A DNA stretch of 64,000 nucleotides from Eledone cirrhosa. Its lineage: Eukaryota. Made by a program: the position numbers and the translations under genes. The notes under the pieces were generated by a model. It saw only the letters and a list, made by a program, of their open reading frames with translations, searched no databases and was not told the DNA's origin. This document shows, one piece after another, positions 52,409 to 64,000 of this stretch. Location of the stretch: positions 31,372,001-31,436,000 of the forward strand of contig OZ024760.1 in the NCBI GenBank assembly GCA_964016885.1. The letters run 5' to 3'. Every line of letters begins with the position of its first letter. Position 1 is the stretch's first letter.

Positions 52409-54532
52409 TATACTAAGAGACAGAGCAGACCAGAGGCCCAACAACTTGGGAGGAAACCTGTAGAAGGCTTGGTTAGCTTCAAGCAGCGCACAAGGGATGG
52501 TGAGGTAGTATGTCTACCCACGGATAAGTCGGGTAGGATGTCAATAGATAGCATGCCGAACTACATCAAGGCTATACAACCCCACATCACCAACACGAGC
52601 GAAATTGCACAGCAAATACATGATGGGAGAGAAAATCCTCAATGCTCACATGATGATGTGGACTGACATCCTAAAGCCAAGCAGACGCACTGCCAACAAC
52701 TTCCAGGCGTTTAACAATGGCATACCACCCTTGTATGGGCTCCGCAAAGACCACAAGACAGTCGACGACCCGACAACAGGACCACCAACAAGACCCGTAT
52801 GCGGAGCTAATATAGCTAGCAACTACAGGATCTCCTACTTCCTCTCAATGGTTATACGCTCCATAATCAAGATGTCCCCAGATGTATGTAACAGTACAGA
52901 GGACCTCCTCAGTGAGTGCAACAAAAACAGGAACCTATCCAACTGCATAATAGGCAGCATGGATGTGGTATCACTGTACCCATCCATTAACATTGATTTT
53001 GCTGTGGAAAAATGTGTGGAGATGATCATTGAGAGTGAGGCGGAGTTCTGCGACGTTGACACAGACGAACTGGGCTTCCTACTTAGACTTACCTATGACA
53101 CTGACTACCTAGACAGCCATGACCTTAGACATTTCTGCCCTAGTAGACCCATAAGAGGTAGACCCCCCACCATAACCTCCATGGCAAAAAAGACTCCCAT
53201 GGGAAGGTGGATTGGGTGGACCAAAACTATACGGACCCCCCAAAACAATGATCAGGTAAGAAAAATGGTCGCACATGCAATAGGGGCTAGTATCAAAACT
53301 ACCCTAAAGGGCCACATATTCAAGTTCAACGAGAAGATCATGAAAGGAATTTGCCCATTATACAGGAGCAAATCCTGGAATAGCTTAGATAGGGCTAGAC
53401 ATAAGATAGGGAAAGCCACCTCATGGTACGACAACCAGAGATACCAGAGTGTCATGTTTGTGGATGCTACCCCTGGAGGGAAATTAGCTAACCAGTGTAG
53501 AAAGGCCCTGAGAAAGACCCACTTAAAGATTAAGGTGGTAGAAAAGCCAGGAACCACCATAAAATCTCTGATCAGCAAAACCTACCCTTTTAAGAAAACC
53601 CACTGTACTAATAGGAAATGTATCATATGTAAGGTAAACCCCCGGATAAACTGTAAAACTAGAAACGTAGTCTATAGCATAAGATGTACAGAGGGTACTT
53701 GCAGAAACATGACAACATACATAGGCGAAACAGCTCGTAGCATAGGTGACAGGATAGACCAACACTGGGAGGAACTAAAAGGACGAAAAAACGGGTCAGT
53801 ACTATACGAATATGCTAGACAACAACACAACGGTAATATAGACAACATAGAAATTAGAATAATATCTAAACATAGAAATGACCCAGCAGATAGGCAAATC
53901 AGAGAGGCCAGTGAAATAGAACTTAGAAGGCCAAGACTAAACAGAAAGAATGAATGGAATAAGAACAACACCCAAACAAACAACACTGACCTAAGAGAAG
54001 TATAAATAAATAAATAAATAGATAAATAAATAAATAAATACATACACAAGCACAATAACAACAAACACATATAAACACACACTAGTAAACATAGAATACA
54101 TTAACCAATACACAGTCACCCAATCACGAACACACATCAAACAAAACACTATACACACACGCAAACGCATGCGCAAAGAAGACATAATAAAATAAACAAA
54201 CAAACAAATAAATAAATAAATATATAAACAGACTAAATAAAGATGGCGTAGAAATACAATGCAACGAGAGGAATCTATAGCACCACTGACGATGTTGCAG
54301 ATGTGCAACGAAAGAACTTTGATAAACTATATATATGTGTTTGTGTCTATATTGTATCTGTATTATTTTTGACCGTTGGTCAGTCAATGGCAACATTGAG
54401 GACCGAATATATTAGATTACCGATATAAAAGACACAGAAGCGAAAAGCGAAAACCAACCAAACAGTGAGTGTGTTCTGTTATTAATTCTGGCAATATTAC
54501 ACAAATATGACCCTCCCCAAGTATAACAATAT
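52409..54532 (+). mobile_element. Penelope-like element, direct arm with internal deletion
   Basis: LYGLRKDHK, RPV, SMDVVSLYPSI, GIY-YIG (VVY..YIGET); RT catalytic segment is missing. Confidence 0.88.
54277..54330 (+). ncRNA. Degenerate hammerhead motif in the Penelope 3' region (mirror at 50430-50483)
   Basis: CTGACGA-T-GTTGCA-gatg-TGCAAC-GAAA-GAAC-TT; stem I is poorly paired. Confidence 0.5.
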
Positions 54533-54587
54533 TTGTTTCGACACACGATTTCATATAAAAAAACCTCGCAAAACTAATTCATCGCCG

Positions 54588-54624
<37 letters not shown>

Positions 54625-54631
54625 TGTATGT

Positions 54632-55056
54632 ATAGTATATTTGGCAATTATACCGTATGTTTAATTAAAAACATTTAGAAGACCATACGCTATCAGTTTT
54701 AAAGTAGTGACTATGTCACTTACTTCTTTTCGGTGAAAGAAGGGAGAGAAGCTGACAGTCTGTTTCACGCTGGTTGGCGTTCATCAGAGCCATGCATTCC
54801 CCTGCTTCCGACGAAATTTATAGAAGCTGGATTCTTATTATAATTTTTGCAGGATCGGCAGTCGCTCTGTATAATCAGCTCCTGATCATTACTGAAAGAA
54901 TCCAGCTTCTATAATTTTCGGCGGAAGCAGGGGAGTGCGTGGCTCTGATGAACACCAACCAGCGTGAAACAGACTGTCAGACTACTTTAAAACTGATAGC
55001 GTGTGGTCTTCTAAATGTTTTTAATTAAACATACAGTATATTGCCAAATATACTAT
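54632..55056. repeat. Fold-back element of about 425 bp
   Basis: Inverted arms with about 60 bp spacer; about 43 extra bp in the left arm. Confidence 0.88.
54939..54985 (+). ncRNA. Hammerhead motif (mirror at 54749-54793, - strand)
   Basis: GGCT-CTGATGA-AC(A/G)C caacca GCGT-GAAA-CAGACTG-TC^-AG; canonical core with GUC triplet. Confidence 0.78.
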
Positions 55057-55581
55057 TCACGTATACATCGCTATTTCAGAGCACCAACCCTGTTTGTATA
55101 TATATATATATATGTGTGTGTGTGTTTGTATATATATATATATATTCTCAGGCCTGGAGAGCTTAAAATGCCCAAGAAATGCTGTATGTCAGTACGGCAT
55201 CCCTAAACTCTGTCTGCTCAGACCTGGAAAGGAGATGGGCTCCACCAGGAGTTACAGCTCCGTACATAAATGCAGTTTATTTTTCAAAATAATCCTTTGA
55301 AAGGAACAATGCAGTTATTAATAAGAACAAGTTGAAACTAATGACATGCAAGATTTCACAGCTCTAGCATCAATCCTTCATTGTCAGCCTATGAACTTTT
55401 CAGACTGCATGTATGCATACACATACATACACACATACACACACACCCATGCATACACACACACACACACACATACACACAACACACATACACACATTTC
55501 CGCCGCTACACATATCAGTTTGTTTCTTGTCACTATATGTCACTACTTCCCTGTGGCTCAGTACTAATTCTTCTCTTTCAG

Positions 55582-55719
55582 GCCATACTTGTAGCAAACA
55601 ATCAAGCCAAAAATGAACTTCCAAGTTTCCTTTCATCTGGAATCATTCTTACAATTGCTGAATCCAAAGGCTTGGAATTTAATGATATCCTTCTCTTCAA
55701 CTTCTTTCAAGACTCTCTG
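55582..55719 (+). CDS. TRANK1: TRANK1-like helicase exon, motif V
   Basis: AILVAN...ILTIAESKGLEFNDILLFNFFQDS; ctttcAG acceptor, CTG/GTACTG donor. Confidence 0.88.
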
Positions 55720-55943
55720 GTACTGTCCTTTATTTTATATCTTATTCAATTTCCCATCCACCATTTTGAAAGGGGACCCCATATGTTCTTTGCTCAGCTC
55801 AAACTACTTCATCAAGCTTCTCTTCCTTGTCAAAGCCCATGTAAAACATGAAAAGAATCTGTATATATATATATACATAGTGGTAGAACACTGGAAGATA
55901 ATATATGTAGTGGTAGAGCACTCTGTCCATGGGGCGAGTTAGG

Positions 55944-56105
55944 TAGAAGTGGTTACACAACACTTAGTTCACCATACCGAGAACAATTGTTTCACCTTAG
56001 TGGATCCTCAGCTCGTAATGAGCATGCCCATTACGAGCTGAGGATCCGCTAAGGTGAAACAACTGTTCTCGGTATGGTGAACTAAGTGTTGTGTAACCAC
56101 TTCTA
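55944..56105. repeat. 162-bp hairpin element with tail at 55875-55943
   Basis: Arms of about 77 bp around a short loop. Confidence 0.9.
56034..56071 (+). ncRNA. Minimal hammerhead motif (mirror at 55978-56015, - strand)
   Basis: CGAG-CTGAGGA-tCCgctaaGGt-GAAA-CAA(C/T)TG-TT^-CTCG. Confidence 0.72.
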
Positions 56106-56427
56106 TATATATATATATATGTATCATCATCATCATCATCAACGTTTAATGTCTATCTTCCACGCTACTATGGGTTTAGATATATATATATTATTATTAT
56201 AATAATAAATGGAAAAAATGAAACAAAATTTCATTTCATTTCTCACTCTTAGTATGGCTGTCACTTATATATAATAATATACATACTTATATATAATAAT
56301 AATAATAATAGTAATAATAATAAATGTGAAGACTAAAATCCAAAGAGGGCTCGATAAGGATGGATAAATATAATCAAATATATAAGAACCCTAGAGTAAT
56401 ATATATGTATATATATATGTGTATATA

Positions 56428-57717
56428 CAGGGTGGGACATAAAAACTGTTACAAAATAAAATGCAAATAGTTCTTGAAAAAAACATTTATTTCAAGATCT
56501 GACTTCAAAAATAGTAAGTAATATACTATTAAACAACTGCACAAAAATTTATTCGAAATGCTTTCCTCTAGCTCTCACTACTACTCGAAGACTTCTAGGA
56601 AAGTCTTCGATGGCTGCACGAACAGTTTCCATGGGTATTTTCTCCCATACTTTATTCAGTTTTGATTTTAGAGTTTCAATAATTTGGCTAGGAGTAGAGC
56701 AGGCTTCAGTCTCAAGAATTGACTATAAAGAAAAATCGAGAGGGTTGAGATCTGGTGATGTGGGAGGCCACTCTTCCTTACTGATCCATGCAGGACAATA
56801 GTCTCTACACCACTGTTGTGTTACGCAAGTAGTGTGGCTCATCGCTCCATCTTGTTGGAGAGTCCAAATGTCATCGCCATAAACAGATATGCACCATGGT
56901 ATATAAATATTCTTTATGCAAAGTTCTTTGTTAATTTTAACTCCTTGAGGCACAAAAATCAGAGGAGACTTCCTTCTTTCAGAAATGGCTGCCCAAACCA
57001 TCACTGATGCTGGTTTCTGTGTTCTGAACACTTTTCCTACACTTGAAGGAATTGATTTGAGACTTTTTGCAAGTACTCGATCATTTTGATGGTTGTGAGA
57101 CTGCTGCACAGTGAATAACTTCTCATCTGTAAAGATGATGTTTTGCAGCGTGCCATCCTTGATACGGTTCAATAACAGTTTACTTCTGGAGAGCCTCCTT
57201 TCAATTGTGGCTGCAGAAAGAAGCTGCCTATTTTGGAACTTATAGGGTGACATCCCCAGATCATCTCGACATATCCTCCGCATAGTTCTCGGCGATGTTT
57301 CTGCTTCTTCTGCCATTTTTCTCATGGACCTTCTTGGATTACGCCTTATTTTTTCCCTCACACTTTTAACGAGTTTTGGTGTTCTTGAGGTGCGAGGGCG
57401 TCCAGATCGAGGTCTGTCTTTGGTCGAGGAAGTTTCCTTAAATCGATCGATTTTCCTTTTGTTCAACATTCTATTGATCTTAAGAATTTTCCCCAGTTTA
57501 AATATCTTGGGTGGAGTCAGGCCTTTTTCATGCTTCTCTATAATGAACTTTCTTTTCAATTCTATGGACATTGCAAATTGTTAATGGAGTAATGTTCTGA
57601 AAAATAGTTAATATGGCTATAGTGCATGGATTTGATATAAATATATTAGTTATATTAGCAACATAATGTATTTTTAAATTGATTTAAACTTTGTAACAGG
57701 AATTATGCCCCACCCTG
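56428..57717 (-). mobile_element. Tc1/mariner DD37D (maT) transposon
   Basis: TIRs CAGGGTGGG.CATAA...CTGTTACAAA with TA flanks; transposase 57571-56723 with FTDEK, QQDGA and SPDLNPLD, 37 residues between the 2nd and 3rd Asp; C-terminus is frameshifted. Confidence 0.9.
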
Positions 57718-57725
57718 TATATATA

Positions 57726-57799
<74 letters not shown>

Positions 57800-57800
<1 letters not shown>

Positions 57801-58170
57801 TTCCTCCAAAGTGTCTGAAGTAACATTACTCAATAGAGTGTGTAGCTCGAAGATCAGAAAGTCATTCCAGGTGGAGCCACTACTTCTCTGAATTGAGACA
57901 TCACAACATCACAGCTCCAATACTATGGGTATGTGGTTTGAATGTCTCAGGACAGAATTGCTAGACAGATTTTACAGGCAAAACTACCCAGCAGGAGATC
58001 CAGGGGTAGACCCCAAGTAAGATGGTTGGATAACATCCCTGAGCTCAGCTGGATCAACTGGAGACGGTTGTTTCAGACAGAACCTACTGGAATGAGTGTT
58101 TGAGAGCTCTGTTCCCATGACCTTTCCAAGAATATATGGAAGGAAGAGAAGAAGATTTTAATAATAGACT
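57800..58170 (+). mobile_element. Degenerate LINE 3' fragment
   Basis: RIARQILQAKLPSRRSRGRPQVRWLDNI, typical of RTE ORF ends. Confidence 0.5.
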
Positions 58171-58251
58171 GGCCAGGTGCTGTAAAAGACTTATTTACAG
58201 TAGTTTGGAATGTGGATTGGGTCAGTTTTATGAAATTATTTTTTATTCCAG

Positions 58252-58357
58252 GTGACGAATGAATGGCGAATAGTAACCAGCTATTTGCAGGAACTAATTG
58301 CAAAAACCAACGAAGATGGTCATGGGAATGATCAAAAATTGACTGAATTGAACTTAG
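58252..58357 (+). CDS. TRANK1-like exon (gene continues beyond window)
   Basis: ttttattccAG acceptor, VTNEWRIVTSYLQELIAK..., G/GTAAAC donor; in phase with the previous exon. Confidence 0.72.
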
Positions 58358-58718
58358 GTAAACCATTTTCTTGTTTAGCTCTAAGTCTGTTGTGATCCAA
58401 TGCGACTATAATCAGTTGCATTTCAGCTGTAATCATTCCTCCCCCTTCACCCTTTTCATGGCCACTGTGTAGCTAGGACTATATTATTCAATGTGACATG
58501 CTTTCTTAAGATAGTTGTGTGTAATTTAAAGGAGATATGACTGCTATTTCTAGGAGGTCGAGCATCTATGCTTTGCTGATGAAGTCATAAAAAGAATGAA
58601 ACCAACCCTGAGTTATCTCCCATACTTTTTAATTACCCCTGCATTAAATATAACACTAATATATCTATGTCATTTTATCTATTTACCCAGCCACCTATCT
58701 ATCTATCTACCTATCTAC

Positions 58719-61700
58719 GCACCTCTCTGTCAGCCAGGAGCTGGAGGGGGAGTGGCTGTCATGTTTCGGAAAAACCTGGACCTCAAAGTATAGCAAGTAC
58801 ACTTGGTATGGAGAGTAGACTGGTAGTCCTAGACGTGAACAGTGTTGGAGGTGGAGCTTTCAGACTGGTGGTCGTTTATGCCTCGACTGGGTTATTGTGG
58901 CCAGACTTCTTTAAGCATCTAGAGTCTTTTCTGGGAACGTCTCGCTCCTTGCTTTTAGTGGGGGACTGGAATGGAATCCTAGATGCACGATGGGACGATG
59001 TAGGATCATGACCCAGTAGAGGGGGGTGCAACAGCCTCAAAAATTTAATCAGCCAATTCCAACTGGCTGATAGGTATCGACTGGATTTCCCGACTGCACC
59101 ACAGTGGACGAGGACTAACCTCAGCGGGACATCTAGATCGTATTTAGACAGGTTCTTTGTTAGAGAGAGAGACAAGAAGATGTTAAGCTGTCCACAAATG
59201 CATGTGGTTGCCTATTCAGACCACAAACTAGTCATGCAGATGACTAGTTTGTGGTCTGAATAGACAACCGTGATAGAATACATAGACAAGGACCCGGATA
59301 CTGGAAGCTGAACGTGTCGGTTCCGACAAGTAAAGCCTACAGTGATCAGGTAAGTAGATTAGTTAAGCAAGAGTTGACGGGAGCCATCGTCAACAACAGA
59401 TGGTGGTACTCTCTCAAAAGAGCAATTAGAGTAGAGTTGATAGGGTTTAGCAGAGAATTAGCCTTAGAGAAAAACAAAACAGAAACGGAACTAGTAGCCA
59501 AGGTAGAGGAGGCGCTTAGGAGTGGCAACGTAGCTAGAGTGCTAGCATCGAGAACAGCACTGGACCAGTTTTTCGATGCAAGACACAAAGGTTGCGTGGT
59601 CAGAAGTAAATCACGTGCTCTAGGAAACGAGGGAGCAAAAGCTGTTAGCTGGGCCCGAGTGGCAGAGATGAAAAGTGGCAACAAGTCCACGATTTGGTCT
59701 TTGAAAGACCAAAACGGACGCGTGCTATTTGACCCCAAGCGGATGTGCACGGCCTTTCAGCGGCACTTTGCGCAACTGTTTGAGCAGAGTTGCGGTGCGT
59801 TGAACGGGGCAATGGACTTTGGTTCATACCTCGACGGCCTGCCGCATCTCTTGAGCATGGACGCTGAGTTCTGTGAAAGACCGATCACAGCCACTGAGAT
59901 ACGGGATGCTCTGGGCCGCTGCGGGAAACGCAAATCACCCAGTCTAGATGGTCTATCCTATGAGTTTTACATAGGCATGCCGGACTTGTTCTCTGGCGTC
60001 CCCAAAGCCGTCTACTCCTACTGGCAGCAGAACGGGAGAATTCCCAGTTCTGCAGGCAGGGGCGTAGTAACGCTGATCAGGAAAAACGAGAACAAGGGGG
60101 ACAGAATTAACAACTTCAGGCCCATAACTCTGCTCAACACAGAGTTAAAGATTTTGGCCAAGGTGCTAGCGATGAGGTTGGCGCTTGTCGTCGAGAACCT
60201 GGTAGGGAAAGCGCAAACGTGTGCAATCCCGACCAGGTCCATACACGACGACCTCCACCTCATGCAATACATCATAGAGAGGGTGGGGTGTAAACCCAGC
60301 TTCGGTGGGGCTCTGATCAATTTAGATCAGTCTAATGCATTCAATAAGGGGCACCATCAATACTTCGAAGCGGTTCTCAAGGCGGCCGGTTTCGGACCTG
60401 TATTCAGAGGCTGGATCACTGCAATGCACACCAACATCTGCTCGTTCGCAATCACGTGTTACATCCGACAGGATGCCCTCTCTCCTCCATTCTGTACGTA
60501 TTGACTCTAGAGCCACTACTGTGGAAGTTGGAGCTATTGCAGGGCATCCTGTTGGAACCTGGACTGTGGAAAGCGGCGTCGGCTTATGCCAACGACGTGA
60601 CAGTAATGGTGTCGAAAACCTCGGAAATCGGGGCGCTCGGCAACCTACTACAGGAATACGAAAAGCTCACAGGAGCAAAACTGAACCTGGACAAGTCTGT
60701 CGTTTTGCAACTCGGAACGTGGAGAGGCAAACCGATGCCAAGGTATTTGCGCTCACCCAGAAGTGGGCAGAGTGCAAAGTGTCCTTGAAAGGTCGAGCGG
60801 AGGTGGCGAACACTTTCATAGTGTCCGTCATCTACTACCGTTTGACCGTCGTGCCTTGCCCCCGTGAACATCTCACCAAGATAGAACACATGTTCTTCCA
60901 GTTCCTTTGGAAGAAGCAGGCTCCACTGGTGAGGAGATCCGTCTCCTGTCAGCACCCTTCCAACGGAGGGCTGAGAATCCCGTGGCTGATGATGCGCAAA
61001 CATCCACTGAGGCTACGGCATCTACAGGTATTCCTCACCGACCAATCGGTGTGGGCACCGTTTGTAAGACAGGCCTTCCTGCAACTTGTCTTGCTGACGG
61101 AGCTGCAGTCCTGGGTCAAGCGGAGACCAAAGAAGATGGGCGCCTGGCACATTGAATGCGCTCAGGTGCTCACAGTCCTCTGTCAAGCGGGCACGGCAAT
61201 TAGTGGAGACTCCACTTTGACATTCTATAGAGGGTTAGTACGTCACAAGGGTGACGACGTGCTCGAAGAGACTCTAGGCTTCAAAGACGATGAACTCACC
61301 AGTCCGTTTGGTAGGACTTTCTGCCCGGGATCTATGGACAACTTCCAGAGGTCCCTGGCCTGGCAGTGCTACCGAGGAGCTCTACCGTGACAAGATCTAC
61401 AGGCACGGACGCCCCGGCAGGGATCCTTCCAAGAGGACGTGTCCAAGATGCAGGACATTGAAACTATCTTGCACGCAATTATACACTGCCCAGGCGTAAC
61501 CGACCTGTGGAACTAAGCAGAACAACTGCTGTCGTGTATGGGACAAATCCAGTTGACTGCCGAGTCCATAGTAAGGATCAAACCGCCAACTTCTTTCAAA
61601 AACGAAAGATAGGCGGTTTTCTTCTGTATAGTGGCTATGGTGAAAGAGATTATATGGTGGACGAGATTGAGAGGACTGAGGACAGATGCCTTTCTCTCCG

Positions 61701-62069
61701 GACAACTCATTCCCTTCTTTAGGTATCACTTTAGAAGGAGAATCAGACTGGAGAGAGAGGCCCTGCACCCCAGTAAATTTACTGAAAGGTGGGTGAATGA
61801 AGCAAAAATGGTCCAAGTGATTGGGCCTTCTCTGTATATAAACCTGTAGGTTGAAGAAGAGAGCAAAAGGAAGAAAGGAGCACCTGCACAACATGCTCCT
61901 GAAGTTGAGGGTTGTATTAAACAACCCATTTCTGGTGCCTCCCGCTATTGGGGATTTCGATTGTTATAATTGTTTGTTTCAATATTTTTACACGACTATA
62001 TGTAAAATCCCTGGCATGCGTCTTTGTTTTGTCCCCTTTTCTTGTGCGCCCTTGTGGCTAATAAAGAAA
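58719..62069 (+). mobile_element. 5'-truncated, decayed Tx1 sister-family element in (TATC)n
   Basis: ORF2 fragments homologous to 41704-45141; ends gtggctAATAAAGAAA followed by tctatctatc; ctatctac repeats on the 5' side. Confidence 0.9.
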
Positions 62070-62182
62070 TCTATCTATCTATCTCTCTGTCTGTCTATCT
62101 ATCTACCTATCTATCCATCCATCCAGCGACCTACACACCAAAACACCCACCTATCTATCTGTCTGTTTGTTTGTCTCACTAC

Positions 62183-64000
62183 AATGTCATATGTGTAGTT
62201 AGACAAAGACATGTCATATGTTTAGTTAGACATATCATATGTGTAGTTAGACATGTCTTATGTGTAGTTAGACAAAGACTTGTCATATGTTTAGTTAGAC
62301 ATATCATGTGTAGTTAGACATGTGATAGGTAGTTAGACGTATCATAGGTAGTTAGACATGTCATATAGGTAGGTAGACATGTCATATGTGTAGTTAGACA
62401 TGTCATATGTGTAGTTTGACTTGTCATAGGTAGTTAGACATGTCATATAGGTAGTTAGACATGGCATATGTGTAATTAGACATGTCATATGTAGTTAGAC
62501 ATGTCATATGTGTAGTTAGACATGTATGTGTAGTTAGACATGTCATGTGTAGTTAGACATGCCATATGTGTAGTTAGACATGTCATGTAGTTAGACATGT
62601 CATATAGGTAGTTAGACATGTCATATAGGTAGTTAGACATGGCATATGTGTAGTTAGACATGTCATGTGTAGTTAGACATGTCATATGTGTAGTTAGACA
62701 TGACATGTAGTTAGACATGTCATATAGGTAGTTAGACATGTCATATAGGTAGTTAGACATGTCATATGTGTAGTTAGAATGTCATATGTAGTTAGACATG
62801 TGATATGTAGTTAGACATGTCATATGTGTAGTTAGACATGTCATATATGTAGTTAGACATGCCTGATGTAGTTAGACATGTCATGTAGTTAGACATGTCA
62901 TGTGTAGTTAGATATGTCATATATGTAGTTAGACATGTCATGTGCAGTTAGACATGTGATATGTAGTTAGACATGTCATATGTGTAGTTATACATGTCAT
63001 ATGTAGTTAGACATGTCATATAGGTAGTTAGACATGTCATATGTGTAGTTAGACATGTCATATGTAGTTAGACATGTCATATGTGTAGTTAGACATGTCA
63101 TATGTGTAGTTAGACATGTCATGTAGTTAGACATGTCATGTGTAGTTAGACATGTCATGTGTAGTTAGACATGTCATGTGTAGTTAGACATGTCATGTGT
63201 AGTTAGACATGTCATATATGTAGTTAGATATGTCATATGTGTAGTTAGACATGTCATATGTGTAGTTAGACATGTCATATGTAGTTAGACATGTCATGTT
63301 TAGTAAGACATGTCATATATGAGGTTAGACATGTCATATGTAGTTAGACATGTCATATGTGTAGTTAGACATGCCATATGTAGTTAGACATGTCATGTGT
63401 AGTTAGACATGTCATGTGTAGTTAGACATGTCATGTGTAGTTAGACATGTCATGTGTAGTTAGACATGTCATATGTAGTTAGACATGTCATGTTTAGTAA
63501 GACGTCATATATGAGGTTAGACATGTCATATGTAGTTAGACATGTCATATGTAGTTAGACATGTCATGTAGTTAGACATGTTATGTGTAGTTAGACATGT
63601 CAGGTAGTTAGACATGTCATAGGTAGTTAGACATGTCATATAGGTAGTTAGACATGTCATATGTAGTTAGACATGTCATATGTAGTTAGACATGTCATGT
63701 GTAGTTAGACATGTCATGTGTAGTTAGACATGTCATGTGTAGTTAGACATGTCATATATGAGGTTAGACATGTCATATGTAGTTAGACATGTCATGTGTA
63801 GTTAGACATGTCATGTGTAGTTAGACATGTCATGTGTAGTTAGACATGTCATGTTTAGTAAGACATGTCATATGTAGTTAGACATATCATATATGAGGTT
63901 AGACATGTCATGTGTAGTTAGACATGTCATATGTAGTTAGACATGTCATATGTAGTTAGACATGTCATGTGTAGTTAGACATGTGATATGTAGTTAGACA
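62183..64000 (+). repeat. 17/19/21-bp minisatellite GTAGTTAGACATGTCAT(AT/GT)n
   Basis: Direct inspection; runs off the window end. Confidence 0.95.

Noticed and set aside
58570-58615. CTGATGA...GAAA possible hammerhead
   Set aside because: Stem II is weak and there is no convincing stem I or UH site.

Overview
Repeat-rich eukaryotic DNA, most likely from an octopus or other cephalopod (inferred from its SINE, MITE and RTE families). It carries 11 internal + strand exons of a TRANK1-like gene (ankyrin-like region, acidic/Pro-Thr linker, UvrD-type SF1 helicase) that join in frame across GT-AG introns. The introns are filled with transposable elements: four RTE LINE copies, two near-identical full-length Tx1/L1-clade elements, a decayed sister Tx1, a Gypsy LTR element, an inverted Penelope pair, a DD37D (maT) transposon, a piggyBac remnant, SINEs and several satellites. 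Two systems stand out. (1) A young Tx1 family has inserted twice at exactly the same base of a 72-bp tandem repeat, and that repeat is the expanded interior of a TTAA/CCC-ended MITE. (2) A dense set of short non-coding fold-back elements sits in (TA)n tracts; most carry a minimal hammerhead ribozyme motif on each arm, and many have a one-sided tail hairpin (ACTC...GAGT) whose inner stem covaries across unrelated families.
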